From Octopus sinensis (lineage: Eukaryota), in assembly GCF_006345805.1 (NCBI RefSeq), contig NC_043004.1:56234001-56298000 (forward strand): a stretch of 64,000 nucleotides of DNA, in the 5' to 3' direction. Shown here piece by piece: positions 41,614 through 54,876 of the stretch (the stretch's first letter is position 1; every line of letters begins with the position of its first letter). A program made the translations under genes and the position numbers. Under the pieces are notes generated by a model, which was not told where the DNA came from, did no database searches, and saw nothing but the letters and a program-made list of their open reading frames with translations.

Positions 41614-42334
41614 TATATATATACATAAACCATAACAAATTAAATTTTCCTTGTATCGATGGTTAACATCGTTATACATTTAAACTACTAGTTTGTACCT
41701 CAATACAAAAAATACAACGATGACCGGTATTCCCCATTTAAGTTTTGGTTTCTCAAAATGAGGTTGTAATGTACCACGGAGATATTATTTAGTTGAAATC
41801 TGTTAGCTTCTATAAACGTTCGCAAATGTTTTAGGATGATCAGTTCAGCCATTGATATCGCTAGAAATAGAAAAAAGAAGTGGAATGTTTTATCGTCTTT
41901 CCATTGTTAGTATCGAAATGTATATTTAATGAACAATTTGGCTGTTTGGTTATGTGCCACAAATTACGAGACAAAAATCAGTTGGAAATATTCCATAAAA
42001 CTTTATCTATGTTGGCTTTAACAGTATTTGTCGAAATCTGGGATTCTCGAAATAAAAAAAAAATAAAAAAGTCTCATTTATACGAGATGCTTTATGTTGT
42101 GAGTAATGACGTATTCATTCGTCGAGAGAAAGCGGAAGTGAGGTGAGCAAAACATATTTATTATTGTTTGAAAGAAATAAAAGTTAGTTTAATAGCTAAT
42201 TGTTATTTACATTAAATGCTTTCGCTATTTTGTAATTATATTTTGATACATAACGTTTGAATCGATCAGATACAACAATCATGGATTATTATCAGATGGG
42301 GACCATTGCGCTTTACAACTTTAGCGTACAGTAT

Positions 42335-42741
42335 TACTCTTTTACTTTTTTCAGTCATTTGACTGCGGCCATGCTGGAGCACCGCCTTTTAGTCGAGCAA
42401 ATCGATCCCGGGACTTATTCTTTGTAAGACCAGTACTTATTCTATCGGTCTCTTTTGCCGAACCGCTAAGTAACGGGGATGTGAACACACCAGCATCGGT
42501 TGTCAAGCAATGCTAGCGGGACAAACACAGACACACAAACATATACACACACACTTATATATACATATACATATATACGACAGGCTTCTTTCAGTTTCCG
42601 TCTACCAAATCCACTCACAAGACATTGGTCGGCCCGGGGCTATAGCAGAAGACACTTGCCCAAGATGCCACGCAGTGGGACTGAACCCGGAACCATGTGG
42701 TTGGTTAGCAAGCTACTTACCACACAGCCACTCCTGCGCCT
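42335..42741 (-). mobile_element. SINE family A
   Basis: Full-length copy. Confidence 0.9.
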
Positions 42742-42985
42742 ACATATAAATATTTTGCAAAAAAATGTTTTTGCGTCTGTTTATGAATTACAACTAAGAT
42801 AATGAGGCTTACAGCATTGATGACAGCGATACAGAATGTATAATAAGTAAGAACACCGTATTTCGTTATGCAACCATGATATACTACGAAGTATGCTAAA
42901 CACTTTAAAAGTCAAAACTATGTTCTACTCTGTTAGCTTTTAAATCGGTGTTGTCTCTAATATCTATAGAAAATCAGTGAGAATG

Positions 42986-43093
42986 TATAACAGGATGGTA
43001 GAAATAGAAATATACATTCAGCATATTTGTATTCAGAATATCCTACATTCAGCGTAAATATCAGCATATTTCTATTTCTACCATCTTGTTATA
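42986..43093. repeat. 108-bp inverted repeat with 28-bp arms
   Basis: TATAACAGGATGGTAGAAATAGAAATAT (42986-43013) versus ATATTTCTATTTCTACCATCTTGTTATA (43066-43093), one mismatch. Confidence 0.85.
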
Positions 43094-43210
43094 GCCTGTA
43101 TCTTTTGCTATAACAACACTATCAGCGTCATATTTTATGGCCAGTGCGAAATATTCCTCTTTATTGAATTTTAAGAGTTGATAGTTTTAGCTGTGTTCTC
43201 TAAGTTATAA

Positions 43211-44171
43211 GGCAAATCTTTAAAGTTTTGAACGAAATATTAGGATGAACAGATTACTTATTAGCTTAGTGAGACACTCGTTAATTATTTTAATTTCCAG
43301 CGACTCTCGATTTAAATATTAACTATAAATAGCAATGGTTTCTTCCGATTTCTCTACATTTCCAAAGCAAAAATTATATAGCTACAATTGGACATATGTA
43401 ATTCGAAATTAGAACACTATTTCAATCTAATGTATGTTTAATTTCTTTTATCGCGATAAAATTGCGGCTATATTTTATGTCAAGTTAAGGAAGAGTGGTT
43501 TTGAATTAAAGGATGTGTTGTATAGCGAAAACCTCTGACATTCAAAATACCTTTGACTTTACTGAGGCTGTTTATTTATTTAGTCAGAAAGTGAGATACG
43601 GGAAGCAAGTCACATTGAAATGATACTATGGTATTTACTAAACGTTATTTCAACAATATGAGCAAACATAGCAGGCATTAGATTGGTGTTCTATCTCGTT
43701 AAAGAAATCATTATGAATGATCGGTTTGAAAATGAAAGAAAATTAAACTACTTTAATCTTTGTTGATTTCATTCCTGGATTAATGGAATTTTGTTTGGTG
43801 CAGGACGGACGTTAGAGACACGAGAAAGCGAGCGAGAAAGAGAGAGTGGGGAAGAGAAGGAAAGAGAGAGAGAGAGAGAGAGTGAGTGAATGAATGAGTG
43901 ACAGAGAGACTAATATTCAATCGAGAGGAAATAAATATAACTCTATTGGAAATAGTGACAACTATGATTTAATTAATTACAGAGTTACTACACATTTAAT
44001 TACAGGCAAAATCTTTAAAGTTTTGAGCGAAATATTACGATGAACAGATTACTAATTTATTAGCTTAGCGAGACACTCGTTTATTATTTTAATTTCCAGC
44101 GACTCACGAATTAAATATTAACTATAAATAGCAATGGTTTCCTCGGATTTCTCTACATTTCCAAAGCAAAA
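43211..44171 (+). repeat. Two ~165-bp direct repeats 794 bp apart
   Basis: GGCAAA..TCTTTAAAGTTTTGA...TTTCCAAAGCAAAA at 43211-43372 and 44005-44171. Confidence 0.85.
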
Positions 44172-47100
44172 TAATAAAACTACTTCCGATGTAATTATTG
44201 AAGGGGAATTTGAATAAGGGATTAGTTTAAGATTCTCATATTACAGTGAAAATGGTGTGCAGTACGCTAACACAACATCTTTAACCCAGTTTAGTAAAAT
44301 ATTTCGATTTTCTTGATGCAAATTAAATAGAAAAATATATTTTATAAATTTGATTGTGCACAAGCATTTTCTTTTATTGAGTCAATTGTTTTTATGCAAA
44401 TAAAGAAATACGTATTTTACTGAAGATTGTTCTCATAACTCTTAAGTCTACTTTCCATTGCAATAGTTTGTATTCGGACTCCCGGGAGGAAGTGTCCTAC
44501 ATCCATTATAAAATATGCAGCATATGAATGTATTATTTTTCATTTACTAATTTCCTAAATTCATCTTAAGAATGATGTCAATATTTTTAAGGGATCAAGA
44601 TTGAAAGATACGAATCACTTTCAATGAATGTAGGCTAACAATAAAAGAGGTGTGATTGTGAAATGTGTTCCATACAGCTTAATTCAATTTTTGACTAGTT
44701 AGGAATTGATGGGAAGAAAAAGTTAATTCGTACAGACAGTGTATATTCAAGACATATATTGGTCCAATTTTAACGATTCTGAGATTTATTTTTTAACACC
44801 AATAGAATGCCCATACAGTATCTCGACAATTATCATACATGATGTCAAGCATAAGTTTTTTTCATCGTTGCCAATAGGTTGTACAGAAACAATATAATTG
44901 TGATTCACGAAAATGTATATCTAAATCTAACGGAGAGGAATTGAACATATTCAGAGATTATTAGAAAGATAAGGAAGAGCTAAGGTGTATGTTTATTGCA
45001 TTCAAGGGTTCATCGATTGGAATTGAAGTACTGCATACAGAATCTTTAACCACAGTCATAATATAAACAGCAAGATATAATCTGATAGGTCCAATGTTGG
45101 GTGTTACTTTCAAATTCCGTCAACAGTTATTGTAATTGGCCTCTGATGGAACCATGTAAAGGAAGTTGCGGTAACTGTTGATACTGTTAATTAATTATAT
45201 AAAGTGAGAGATGAAGAGCAAATGGACATGATGACAAATATAAAAATCATATAATATAAAAAACATAAAAATCATATAATTTAAAAAAAAACAATGTTGA
45301 GAGTTCATCAAAACATTTTCTTAAATAATTAACTAAATTATTTAACAGTGATGGGTATCTTTTAATTTATTATCAACTATATTAAAATCAGTTACACAAT
45401 AGTGGCGAATTCTTTCTTACCTTGCAATCAAGAAACAAGGCTGTGCACATGAATATTTACATGGCCTTCGAGACTTGGAAATTGGGTGGGCTTCACAGGA
45501 GACACTCAGATGACTGGTGGTGCTGTTAAACTTTGTGACGGATTGAATAGACCATGATCAGATTTGGACTCAGAAAGCAAATATTTAGAACAGTTATAAG
45601 GTTCGTTAGTTATAAAGTTCGATGTTCTTTACATATCTGCCAATTCGTACATTTTTATTGACTTTGAAAGGAGAATAGGCAAAGATGACCTCAACGAGAT
45701 TTAAATTCAGACTGCTGTGAGTTGGAACAAACACCTCAACCCAATGCATTCTCTCCGACACCAAACGGCTCTGCTAGTTCGCTGCCTAAAACACTCGGCA
45801 GAAAAGTATTTGTTTTCACTAAGATCAGTTTGCTTAAATATTCATGATTTTATTAGGGGTGGGGTTCTGGAAACATACCTCACTCTTGATATTACATCAA
45901 TGTCATAGCAACTTATTTCAACTATAAATATAAGGCGATAAGCCTTGTCAAAACAAATCGATAATAGCTAATCAAACCAGTCCACACTGCCGCAAACTCC
46001 AGGTGATCTAACTCATCGCGTCGGTGCTATTACCAATTAAAGCTATTTCAATCTACTTCTGCAATTTCCATCAAGTTAGGGTTTCGTTCCAATTGAAAGT
46101 AAATCAATACTAGCTTCACAAAGCAACACATCAACATATTAGTGTAGCAGCATTAATAGATACCTATAGGATATATATTATTGCCAGATATAGATTGGGA
46201 TGTCTTTAGTATTTTGACAGCAATTTTTGGTAAAAATCATTTCTTGATTTCTTATTTTTCTTATTTCCTAATATTTTCCCATGGGCAAATAATTACTTTG
46301 CTGCCTGTCTTTAAATTGCCCTTTTAACTTCCAACAGAGACATTCTATTCTCATCTCTTTCATATGCTATACATATATGCACACATACACAGACACACAT
46401 TCATATTTCTTAAGCTGGTCACTCATTGTATTCTAAATATCCCTATTCACACCCTCTCTTACATTTCTCCAATTGCTCTATTTTCCCCCTTGTATTTGAT
46501 GCAAGAGAATGTACCTTGTATGTTGAATAGGCTTTGCCATCAAGACTTTATGATTTATTATAATAATTAGTGCAATTAAACTGTCATTTAAATCTACATT
46601 GATCCGAAATGTTTTGTCGAAGGAAACGTTGCCTTTACGTACAGAATTGGCAATGTTTATAAAAGATTTGTATATAGGTTTGTGTCTTTTTCTGTGTGTA
46701 TGTGTGTGTACATAAGAGACGTAGGCGAAGCAAGAGAGAGAGAGATAGAAAGAAAGAGAGAGAAATAAAAAGAAAGAGAGAGAGAGAGATAGAAAGAAAA
46801 ATAGAGAGAGAGAGAGAGTGGGAGAGATAGAAATAAAGAGGAAGAGAGAGTGAGAGAAAGCAGTGGATAGTCGTTTTGTCTACAAATATGCAAATATGTT
46901 GGCACACAAACACTAAAGTGTACACACACACTCACACACACACATACACACGCACACACACACACACACACACTCCCTCTCTCTTTTTCTCTGACTCAAA
47001 TATCTAGATAAAGACTTGTGTAAGCACAAATGATAAACCCAGTGGGTTTCTTATCCTTTTTCGTAAAATTGGTGATTACCTAATTCGCATAGATGTAATA

Positions 47101-47390
47101 CCGTTTACGTTCAAATTATTGGTCATTAATATAATATAACGCTAGAGGAATTATTCTGCATATTTGCTGGTGTATAACTGATAGGTTACGCTTCGTCTTA
47201 ATCAAATCCCGCAAAGGCTGATGAGGTCTAAAATGTTAGAATTTCACACGTTGCTTATTTTCACGGACATTGAGGTGGTAGACTGACAGGATGGATTGAG
47301 AGTTAGAGAAAATTTGTTGCAGTATTTTGTTAAAACTTTTCATTCTGAGTTCAAGACACGTCAAGGCCATCACTGAATTTCATTATATCA

Positions 47391-47789
47391 TCTATATATA
47401 TAAAAGTGAGGTTGTGTAGTGTCTGTCTCCTACGATTTAGATTCCTAACTACTCCCACATTTTGCGGTGCAGTTTAATCAAAAGCGGGTATCTTATAGTC
47501 GTGATTCATATCGAGCCCTTCTGGGTATTAGCGCGCGTCTACGATGAGTCTACGATTTAAAAAAAAAATTACCATAACTTCTCCGCATTTTTAATGCATT
47601 TTCGCTCGGTTTATATAAGGGAAGTAACTCTCTAAAAATGTATTATTAAATCTCAGAACGTAAAAAGCTACAGTAACACCCCCCTTTGTGGTTAGCCATA
47701 TGGAGATAGCTATTATACTTTACATCTCTAAAAATGCTTATATAGTTATTTCCCTTACAAACCCGAGCAACGCCGGGCGATACTGCTAG
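47391..47789 (+). mobile_element. Non-autonomous Helitron-like element, copy 1
   Basis: 5' TC, 3' hairpin CCCG..CGGG then CTAG, inserted between A (47390) and T (47790). Confidence 0.8.
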
Positions 47790-47942
47790 TTCTCAATAAA
47801 ATAATATACATATCAAATCGTATCGGTCAACCAGGCTTTCAACATTTCAAGTCTTGAGTGTATGTTAAAGACAGTTATTACTCACATGTACTGAATCTAT
47901 AAGTAAAACGTAAAAGAAACGTTATAGACTCTCGAATATTAG

Positions 47943-48331
47943 ATATATATAAAAGTAAGGCTGTGTGTCTGTCTCCTACGATTTAGATTCCTAACTACTC
48001 CCGCATTTTGCTGTGCAGTTTAACCAAAACCAGGTATCTTATAGTCGTGATTCATATCAAGCCCTTCTGGGTATTAGCGCGCGTCTACGATGAGTCTACG
48101 ATTTTAAAAATAATTTACCATCATTTTTTTCCATTTTAATGCATATTTTTTAAATATAAGGGAAGTAACTCTCTAAAAATGTCTACGATGAGTCATCGAT
48201 TAAAAAAAAATTTACCATCATTTTTTTTCCATATTTAATGCATTTTTTGCTATTTTTTGGCTATAACTCTCTAAAAATGCTTTATAGTTATTTCCCTTAC
48301 AAACCCGAGCAACGCCGGGTGATACTGCTAG
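47943..48331 (+). mobile_element. Non-autonomous Helitron-like element, copy 2
   Basis: Homologous to copy 1 with the same 3' hairpin and CTAG end. It has internal duplications. Confidence 0.75.
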
Positions 48332-48355
48332 TTAGATATAAAGTAGTTATATGTA

Positions 48356-48576
48356 CGAGGGGGGGGGGTTCTAAAATGTTCCTGGCTTGTGGGTAAGCAG
48401 AAATACAGGAGGATCAGTTAATTATAATTTTATTCGACATAATCCCCTCCACGTTTTACACACATATTGCAGCGGTCCTTCTTTTTTTAAGCCCTGAAAA
48501 AGTACTCGGAATGTTGGGCCTCCAACAAAGACTTTTGGGATATCTTTAAAACCAGGAACTTTTCAGCACCCCTTCG
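48356..48576. mobile_element. Mariner-type MITE
   Basis: TA|CGAGGGG...  and ...CACCCCTTCG|TA termini with TA TSD. Confidence 0.7.
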
Positions 48577-48589
48577 TATATCACATATT

Positions 48590-50260
48590 TAAATATGTTT
48601 CTATATACAGCAACAGTATATTTTCAATAACCGGTTGTAATTATTGAGTTAAATCCTGAGTTAAATGTAATATTTGAGAATTATTTATAGCTCTCATACT
48701 GTGGGCTTGTGTTGAAATCACAGAATACGAAATAAAAACAGCATCCATAAACGCTACACCAAGAGACATTAGGGCACTTATGTAGCAGAAACACATGTCG
48801 GATTGTAATACATTAACAAATAAGATTTGAAGATGTACACTTTTCCACTCTCTTTCATAGTTTCTTGAATATATACACTGTATACAGTATAAAGTCCAAA
48901 GCAGCGAACTCAGGATTTGCCTAACAAGTACCGTATAATTGTTTATCTTAAATAATTCTATATGTTCCCTATCATTCAATGTAGTTATCCAGAACCTGGA
49001 TTATATCAGAGTGCTAACAATCCCCGTTTCTTTACGTTATCTTACATCTGGTGTTGTTCTTTATTCCATTTGATTTTCTCTGATCCCGCTATCGTTGCTC
49101 ATACTACTCATATGTTTACTATTAATATATTCCTTTTATCTATTTAGTCAGGCTTTCACAGCAATTTTAAACTCTGATATTCTTTTTCAAATTGTTCTTT
49201 CATTTCACTCTCTTTGATCTTGTCGATTTCTAGTATTCCTAAATACTTATACCTCTTCTCAATGAATTTCATTACTTCACTCCCTGCCATCGACATTATA
49301 TTCATCCTCTTCATTACGAGTATTCTAAATTCAATTTTTAAATATGCCGTACTTCCTTATACCGAATTCCATCGCTGTGTCATTCGTGAAAATGTAAAGT
49401 GCTTTAACTAAACTATTTGGTTTCCTCAAAGGAAAGTTTAAGACTGCCTGCAAAAGAAAATACTTTATTTGTCCATTCATATCCAACTCCTGTCTTTTAC
49501 AAAAACCAAAGCAATACAAAAAAGAAGGCCAGCGTATTGTGGTCCTTTGAAGTTTCTTCTTATATTAACTTCTATACTTCAGATGTCGGTGTTTTTTGCA
49601 CTCTTTTTTTCGTGCTTAGAACTATTCAAGAGTGCGATGTCATATCCTACGGTTTTTATTATCTATCCAAGCAATCTATCCAAACTTTGGTGTTATTGAT
49701 TACAATCTTTCGACCTTGATTTGCCGATCAGTATTCAACTGTTGCTTTTACAACCTCTTTCGATCATCAGTCAGTTGATGTTTTTCAAGAAAGGAATAAT
49801 ACTCTCTGCGATTATTTAATTTAGGTTAATATATTCCATTTAAGTGGAAAACACCATATTGGACGAAAATTGTCAACTTTAGTTCATATTTTTCTCATTT
49901 AATCACAAAGTTTCCTGTAGAGCAAACGGTTCTATTATTTTAGATGCTGTCCAACTGTAAATAAATATTTGCTGCAATGAGCTCAATTTCTTTAATCAGT
50001 AACGTTAAAAATCGTCTGCATATCTCAACAATTTATGCTGAAATTTCTAATTCCCTATGCCCCACTATAGACCTCATTCTTCTTTATTTCTTCCTAAAGT
50101 ATCAATGTTCATTCTCAAACACTTCTATATCACCTCATATTCTTCTTTTCCATCACAATTCATTCTTTTGGAGATTTCTTTTTTTTTTGTATCCTTCAAA
50201 CTCTCGTTATGTGCTGCCTATGTACCGGCTGATCTTAACAAAATGAACGCTTCACTTACA
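48590..50260 (-). mobile_element. Heavily decayed non-LTR RT remnant (R4/Dong-like)
   Basis: Minus-strand fragment ...LVKALYIFTNDTAMEFGIRKYG resembles the DIxMEFG motif also seen near 27970. Boundaries are approximate. Confidence 0.5.
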
Positions 50261-50370
50261 TTGTTCAAAACATGATGGATGACTATACTTCTTCGAAATC
50301 TCATTCATCGTGCTTCTTTCAACATTTAACAAGATTCATCATCATCATCATCATCACCACCACCATTATC

Positions 50371-50402
<32 letters not shown>

Positions 50403-50420
50403 CGTCGTCATTACCATCAC

Positions 50421-50451
<31 letters not shown>

Positions 50452-50463
50452 TTCATCACCACC

Positions 50464-50494
<31 letters not shown>

Positions 50495-50502
50495 CCACCA
50501 CC

Positions 50503-50533
<31 letters not shown>

Positions 50534-51052
50534 CCATCGTCATGATTGTTATTATTATTTGTATCCTCTATTATTTCATTGAATGTGTTCATGTGTTCCT
50601 TTTAATACTTTCTATATTTTGTGTTATTTTATTTATTTATTTATTTTCGCATTAATATTGTCAGTAAAAAAAAAACAACATTTCAAACGCTTGCAAAGCA
50701 TAAGTTTTATTCTTTTCTTCTCTGGCAATTTCCCGCCTTTCCATTTCATTAATCTTTAATATTATTTCTGTTACTCTTCCAATAATGTCCTTCCAATTGT
50801 TTTTCTTTCAATATTGCGTAATATTTCCGTTAAGAGAATATTAAGTTATATAACATAATGATAGTTCATTTTGTTGTTTATGTTCTTTCATTTTCTTTAC
50901 AATGCTTGTTTTCCTTTATCACTCTCTGGAAATGCGTCCAACGTTTGCTGGCCTCTGTCTACTGAAAACTGTGTATGTATGTATGTATGTATGTATGTAT
51001 GTATGTATAGATTTTTGTACTAATATATGTTTGTGCGGAAGTATGTAAGTAC

Positions 51053-51140
<88 letters not shown>

Positions 51141-51193
51141 GTATGCATGTATGTATGTATGTATGTATGTATGTATGTATGTATGTATGTATG

Positions 51194-51227
<34 letters not shown>

Positions 51228-51245
51228 CCTGTCTATTTATCTATG

Positions 51246-51284
<39 letters not shown>

Positions 51285-51333
51285 ATCTGTCTGTCTGTCT
51301 GTCTGTCTGACTATCTGACTATCTGTCTATCTG

Positions 51334-51374
<41 letters not shown>

Positions 51375-51489
51375 ATATCTATCTATCTATCTGTCTGTCT
51401 GTATGTCTGTATGTCTGTCTGTCTATCTATGTATCTATGTATGTATGTATGTATGTATGTATCTATCTATCTGTGTGAGTACATATATA

Positions 51490-51531
<42 letters not shown>

Positions 51532-51595
51532 TGCACATACATACTTAGACGCACACACACATATATATATGGTTGTGTACATATAAATATATATT

Positions 51596-52200
51596 AACAG
51601 TGCGGTGTATAAACTGTCGTCTCTAAAGTACGCAAAACTGGAAATAACACTGACATTTAATTTTAACAGATATATTTACCAAAATTACATAAAAATATCT
51701 GAAATACTAAAGAGTAAATTTATTAAATAAAATCGCCATTGCTTCAACCATGGCTTCTGGACAACTTCAGAGTATCCTGCAACTCTTCTGGAGGGACTCG
51801 TTGTTTAAGTGTGTGAATGCTGTCATAAGCCTTGCCTTCAGTTCATCTTTGGTGTTATAAGGAGTTTGTTCGTCTCTCGCTCAACTGCACCACACACATA
51901 ATAATCAAGGGAGTTGCAGTCTGGAGTGTCAGATGACCAGATGTTAGGGGCGATGCGTTCGCAGAAATTATCTGACAGCTATGACTGGGTTCTCCCGCTT
52001 GTGTCACATGGTGCCGAGTCCTGTAACCAGACATAGGGTCTTCTAGCAACCACCCTCTTGACTCGGGGCAGCACTACCTCATCCAAGCACCTGATGTAGG
52101 CCTCTGTGTTGAGTGTGAGGCCGTGTGGGAAGAGGAATGGCGGCATAACCTCACTATAACTAGTGATCACTCCAAACGCCATGATGTTGTTTGATGTTTA
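51596..52200 (-). mobile_element. Tc1/mariner transposase remnant
   Basis: RPYVWLQDSAPCDTS and IWSSDTPDCNSLDYYVCGAVERETN (QQD..P.H and WP..SPD.NPLD motifs). Confidence 0.75.
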
Positions 52201-52323
52201 ATTTTTATTACTCTCGGTAATACATAGATTTATATATATATATCTATATATGTATGTGCATACAGACACACACACATATCTATATATGTATATGTATGTA
52301 TGTATATATATATAATATATATA

Positions 52324-52377
<54 letters not shown>

Positions 52378-52419
52378 GGTGTCACAGATGACACTGATGT
52401 GTTTCACTCTATAATAACT

Positions 52420-52720
52420 TCCTTAACTTTACAAATAAGTGTATGAAATTTTCATAGAATATAAAGGACATAATAGAAATTAATATGCACTAGCCAAATC
52501 CAGGTTGGTGCAGTTTGGGGAAAGTGAAGGCCAGTTGACATTGCCGTAGCGGGAGATTATTATTTCTCTACAGCACAGCCGTAGTGACTGCAGTGTTTCC
52601 CTTGCGGTATGAGCAGTTGCCCTATCTTGCTGGAACCATGTGTGAGGTCTACTTTGAACGGCCTTCACGTTCTCCAGACTTCCTTGTGGGGTTACCTGGA
52701 AGAGAGCATTTATCTCAAGA
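52420..52720 (-). mobile_element. Second Tc1/mariner transposase remnant
   Basis: TWFQQDRATAHTARE...NWPSLSPN. Boundaries are approximate. Confidence 0.7.
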
Positions 52721-52939
52721 AACCGGGGAAGCTTGTGCAACTGAAGGAGAACATCAATAGGGAAATACTCGTCAAGTGGAGTAAAAGTATGAGAATTTCT
52801 CCATGAAAACGTTGCAAGTTTTGGCGGGTGTGCGAAGCCGAAATGACTGCCATTTAAGTGATGTCCTTTATCATAAGTGTTGTAGTGTTGTTGCAAAACT
52901 TGATTAGTGCATATTAAGTTCCATTATGATCTTTTCATT

Positions 52940-53348
52940 TTACTCTTTTACTTATTTTAGTTATTTGACTGTGGCCATGCTGGAGCACCGTCTTTTTATT
53001 CGAGCAAAGTACCCCTAGGACTTATTCTTTGTAAGCCTAGTACTTATTCTATCGGTTTCTTTTGCCGAACCGCTTAGTTACGTGGATGTAAACACACCAG
53101 CATCGGTTGTCAAGCCATGTTGGTGGGACGAACACAGACACACAAACATATACACACACTCACACATATTTATATATATATATATATATATACGACGGGC
53201 TTCTTTCAGTTTCCGTCTACCAAATCCACTCACAAGGCTTTGGTCGGCCCGAGGTTATAGTAGAAGTCACTTGCTCAAGTTGCCACGCAGTGGGACTGAA
53301 CCCGAAACCATGTGGTTGGTAAGCAAGCTACTTACCACACAGTCACTC
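52940..53348 (-). mobile_element. SINE family A
   Basis: Near full-length, slightly diverged copy. Confidence 0.9.
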
Positions 53349-53388
53349 ATATTAAAAACTGAAACCTCACAGTGTCTTTTGGGACATC

Positions 53389-53434
<46 letters not shown>

Positions 53435-53537
53435 GTTTTGGATTTGGTTTGCAAGGTTCTTTATATGAGTTCGTGTGTTGAAGCATATTCTGTTGTGTCT
53501 GGGGAGAGTCATTTTCTTTTTGTGCCTTATAATGTAA

Positions 53538-53640
53538 CACACTCACCGGTAAAATTTCCACTTATTTCTTATTTTTATTTTCCTAAAATTTTCGTTGCGA
53601 CTTGCAACATTTTCAAAGTATGTTTTTACCTGTGGGTGTG
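53538..53640. mobile_element. Possible ~100-bp MITE
   Basis: CACACTCACCGGTAAAA versus TTTTACCTGTGGGTGTG, a 17-bp TIR with 2 mismatches. Confidence 0.5.
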
Positions 53641-53785
53641 TATTCAAATATAGTACTTGCATTCTGGCACCTGTAACTGTTACAACTATGATGTCTGGAA
53701 AGGGTCCCTTATATAAACACACTGTCTCTAATTTTCTTCTTTCTTTCCTTCTTTGACCTTGTCACAGTCTGTCTGTCTGTTTCTT

Positions 53786-53876
<91 letters not shown>

Positions 53877-53880
<4 letters not shown>

Positions 53881-54425
53881 CAATATAAGGAATGGCCATA
53901 ATAGGTCATTCGACTCACTAGAAAGAGCAGACAAACTCAAACCCCTAAATAATTGTAATTCTGAAATTGAAAGAGAAATAAAAACATTTACCCTTTTCAT
54001 ATCTGGACTATGCATAGTTTCGACAAACTATATTTTCTGGTTAGAAGACCGCGCGGTGGCGGTGGATTTTGAAAATTTAGGGCATATGGACTGGAGGCTT
54101 ATTTGCTGTCGCCTCGTGGACATTTGCTCGTCCTCGGCTTCTCTGCTGACGAGACACGCCAGTTGTAAATAAATTTTATTTAATTTAATTAATTTGTTTA
54201 GGAAAGTTTGTCGAAACTATGCATAGTCTAGAGATGAATAGGGTAAAGGTTTTTATTTCTCTTTCAATTTCAGAATTACAACTATTTAGCGGTTTGAGTT
54301 GTCTGCTCTTTCTAGTGAGTCGAATGGCCTTATATTGTTGAATGTATATTATATAGTCTTTGACTATCTTTTCTTTCTCACTAGACCGTTGGTAGCGGAG
54401 AATTTTTTTGGTACGCTTATATTTA

Positions 54426-54428
<3 letters not shown>
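53877..54428 (+). mobile_element. HHR-bearing retroelement, second family member (inverted ~150-bp arm plus ~400-bp sense unit)
   Basis: The left arm 53877-54029 is the reverse complement of ~54206-54345. The sense unit 54030-54428 is collinear with 40778-41279 (TTTTCTGGTT, TTTGAAAATTT, GGGTAAA, CTAGTG.G, TGACTAT, CACTAG, ATTAAT). It has (TA)n on both sides. Confidence 0.85.
54140..54234 (+). ncRNA. Canonical type I hammerhead ribozyme
   Basis: Stem I TCTCTG/TAGAGA, CTGACGA at 54146-52, stem II GACA/TGTC, GAAA at 54213-16, stem III CTA-TGCA-TAG, and a GTC triplet. Predicted cut is after 54228. Confidence 0.9.
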
Positions 54429-54471
<43 letters not shown>

Positions 54472-54472
54472 C

Positions 54473-54503
<31 letters not shown>

Positions 54504-54532
54504 ATATATTATATATATATATACATACATAT

Positions 54533-54576
<44 letters not shown>

Positions 54577-54876
54577 GTATAATATATATAATGTATGTAT
54601 ATATATATATACGTGTAAGTAGATATAGATATATATTAACATATATATACACACACACATACATATATAGCTACACACATATATATATATACATACATAC
54701 ATACACACACAAATATATATATATACATACTTATATATATATATAAAAAAGGTTTGAAAATGCAAAAAAGGTTGAAAATGCAATTTAAACGATGTTTATT
54801 TACTTAACCGGTTTCACTCTTTGGTAAAAGATTGTCAAAAGTTACATTTAAGGAAACATTGAATAATATGGGTTCA

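Noticed and set aside
47218-47260. CTGATGAGG motif
   Set aside because: No downstream GAAA box or stems.
49748-49775. Minus-strand CTGATGA-TC-GAAA...GTA
   Set aside because: No stem I or stem II pairing; it lies inside the decayed LINE region.
53877-54345. Reading the 54-kb element as an ordinary MITE with 150-bp TIRs
   Set aside because: An ~85-bp homologous tail extends beyond the right arm, and an HHR spans the inner arm boundary. The relative at 36.8-41.3 kb is multimeric, which fits a retroelement better.
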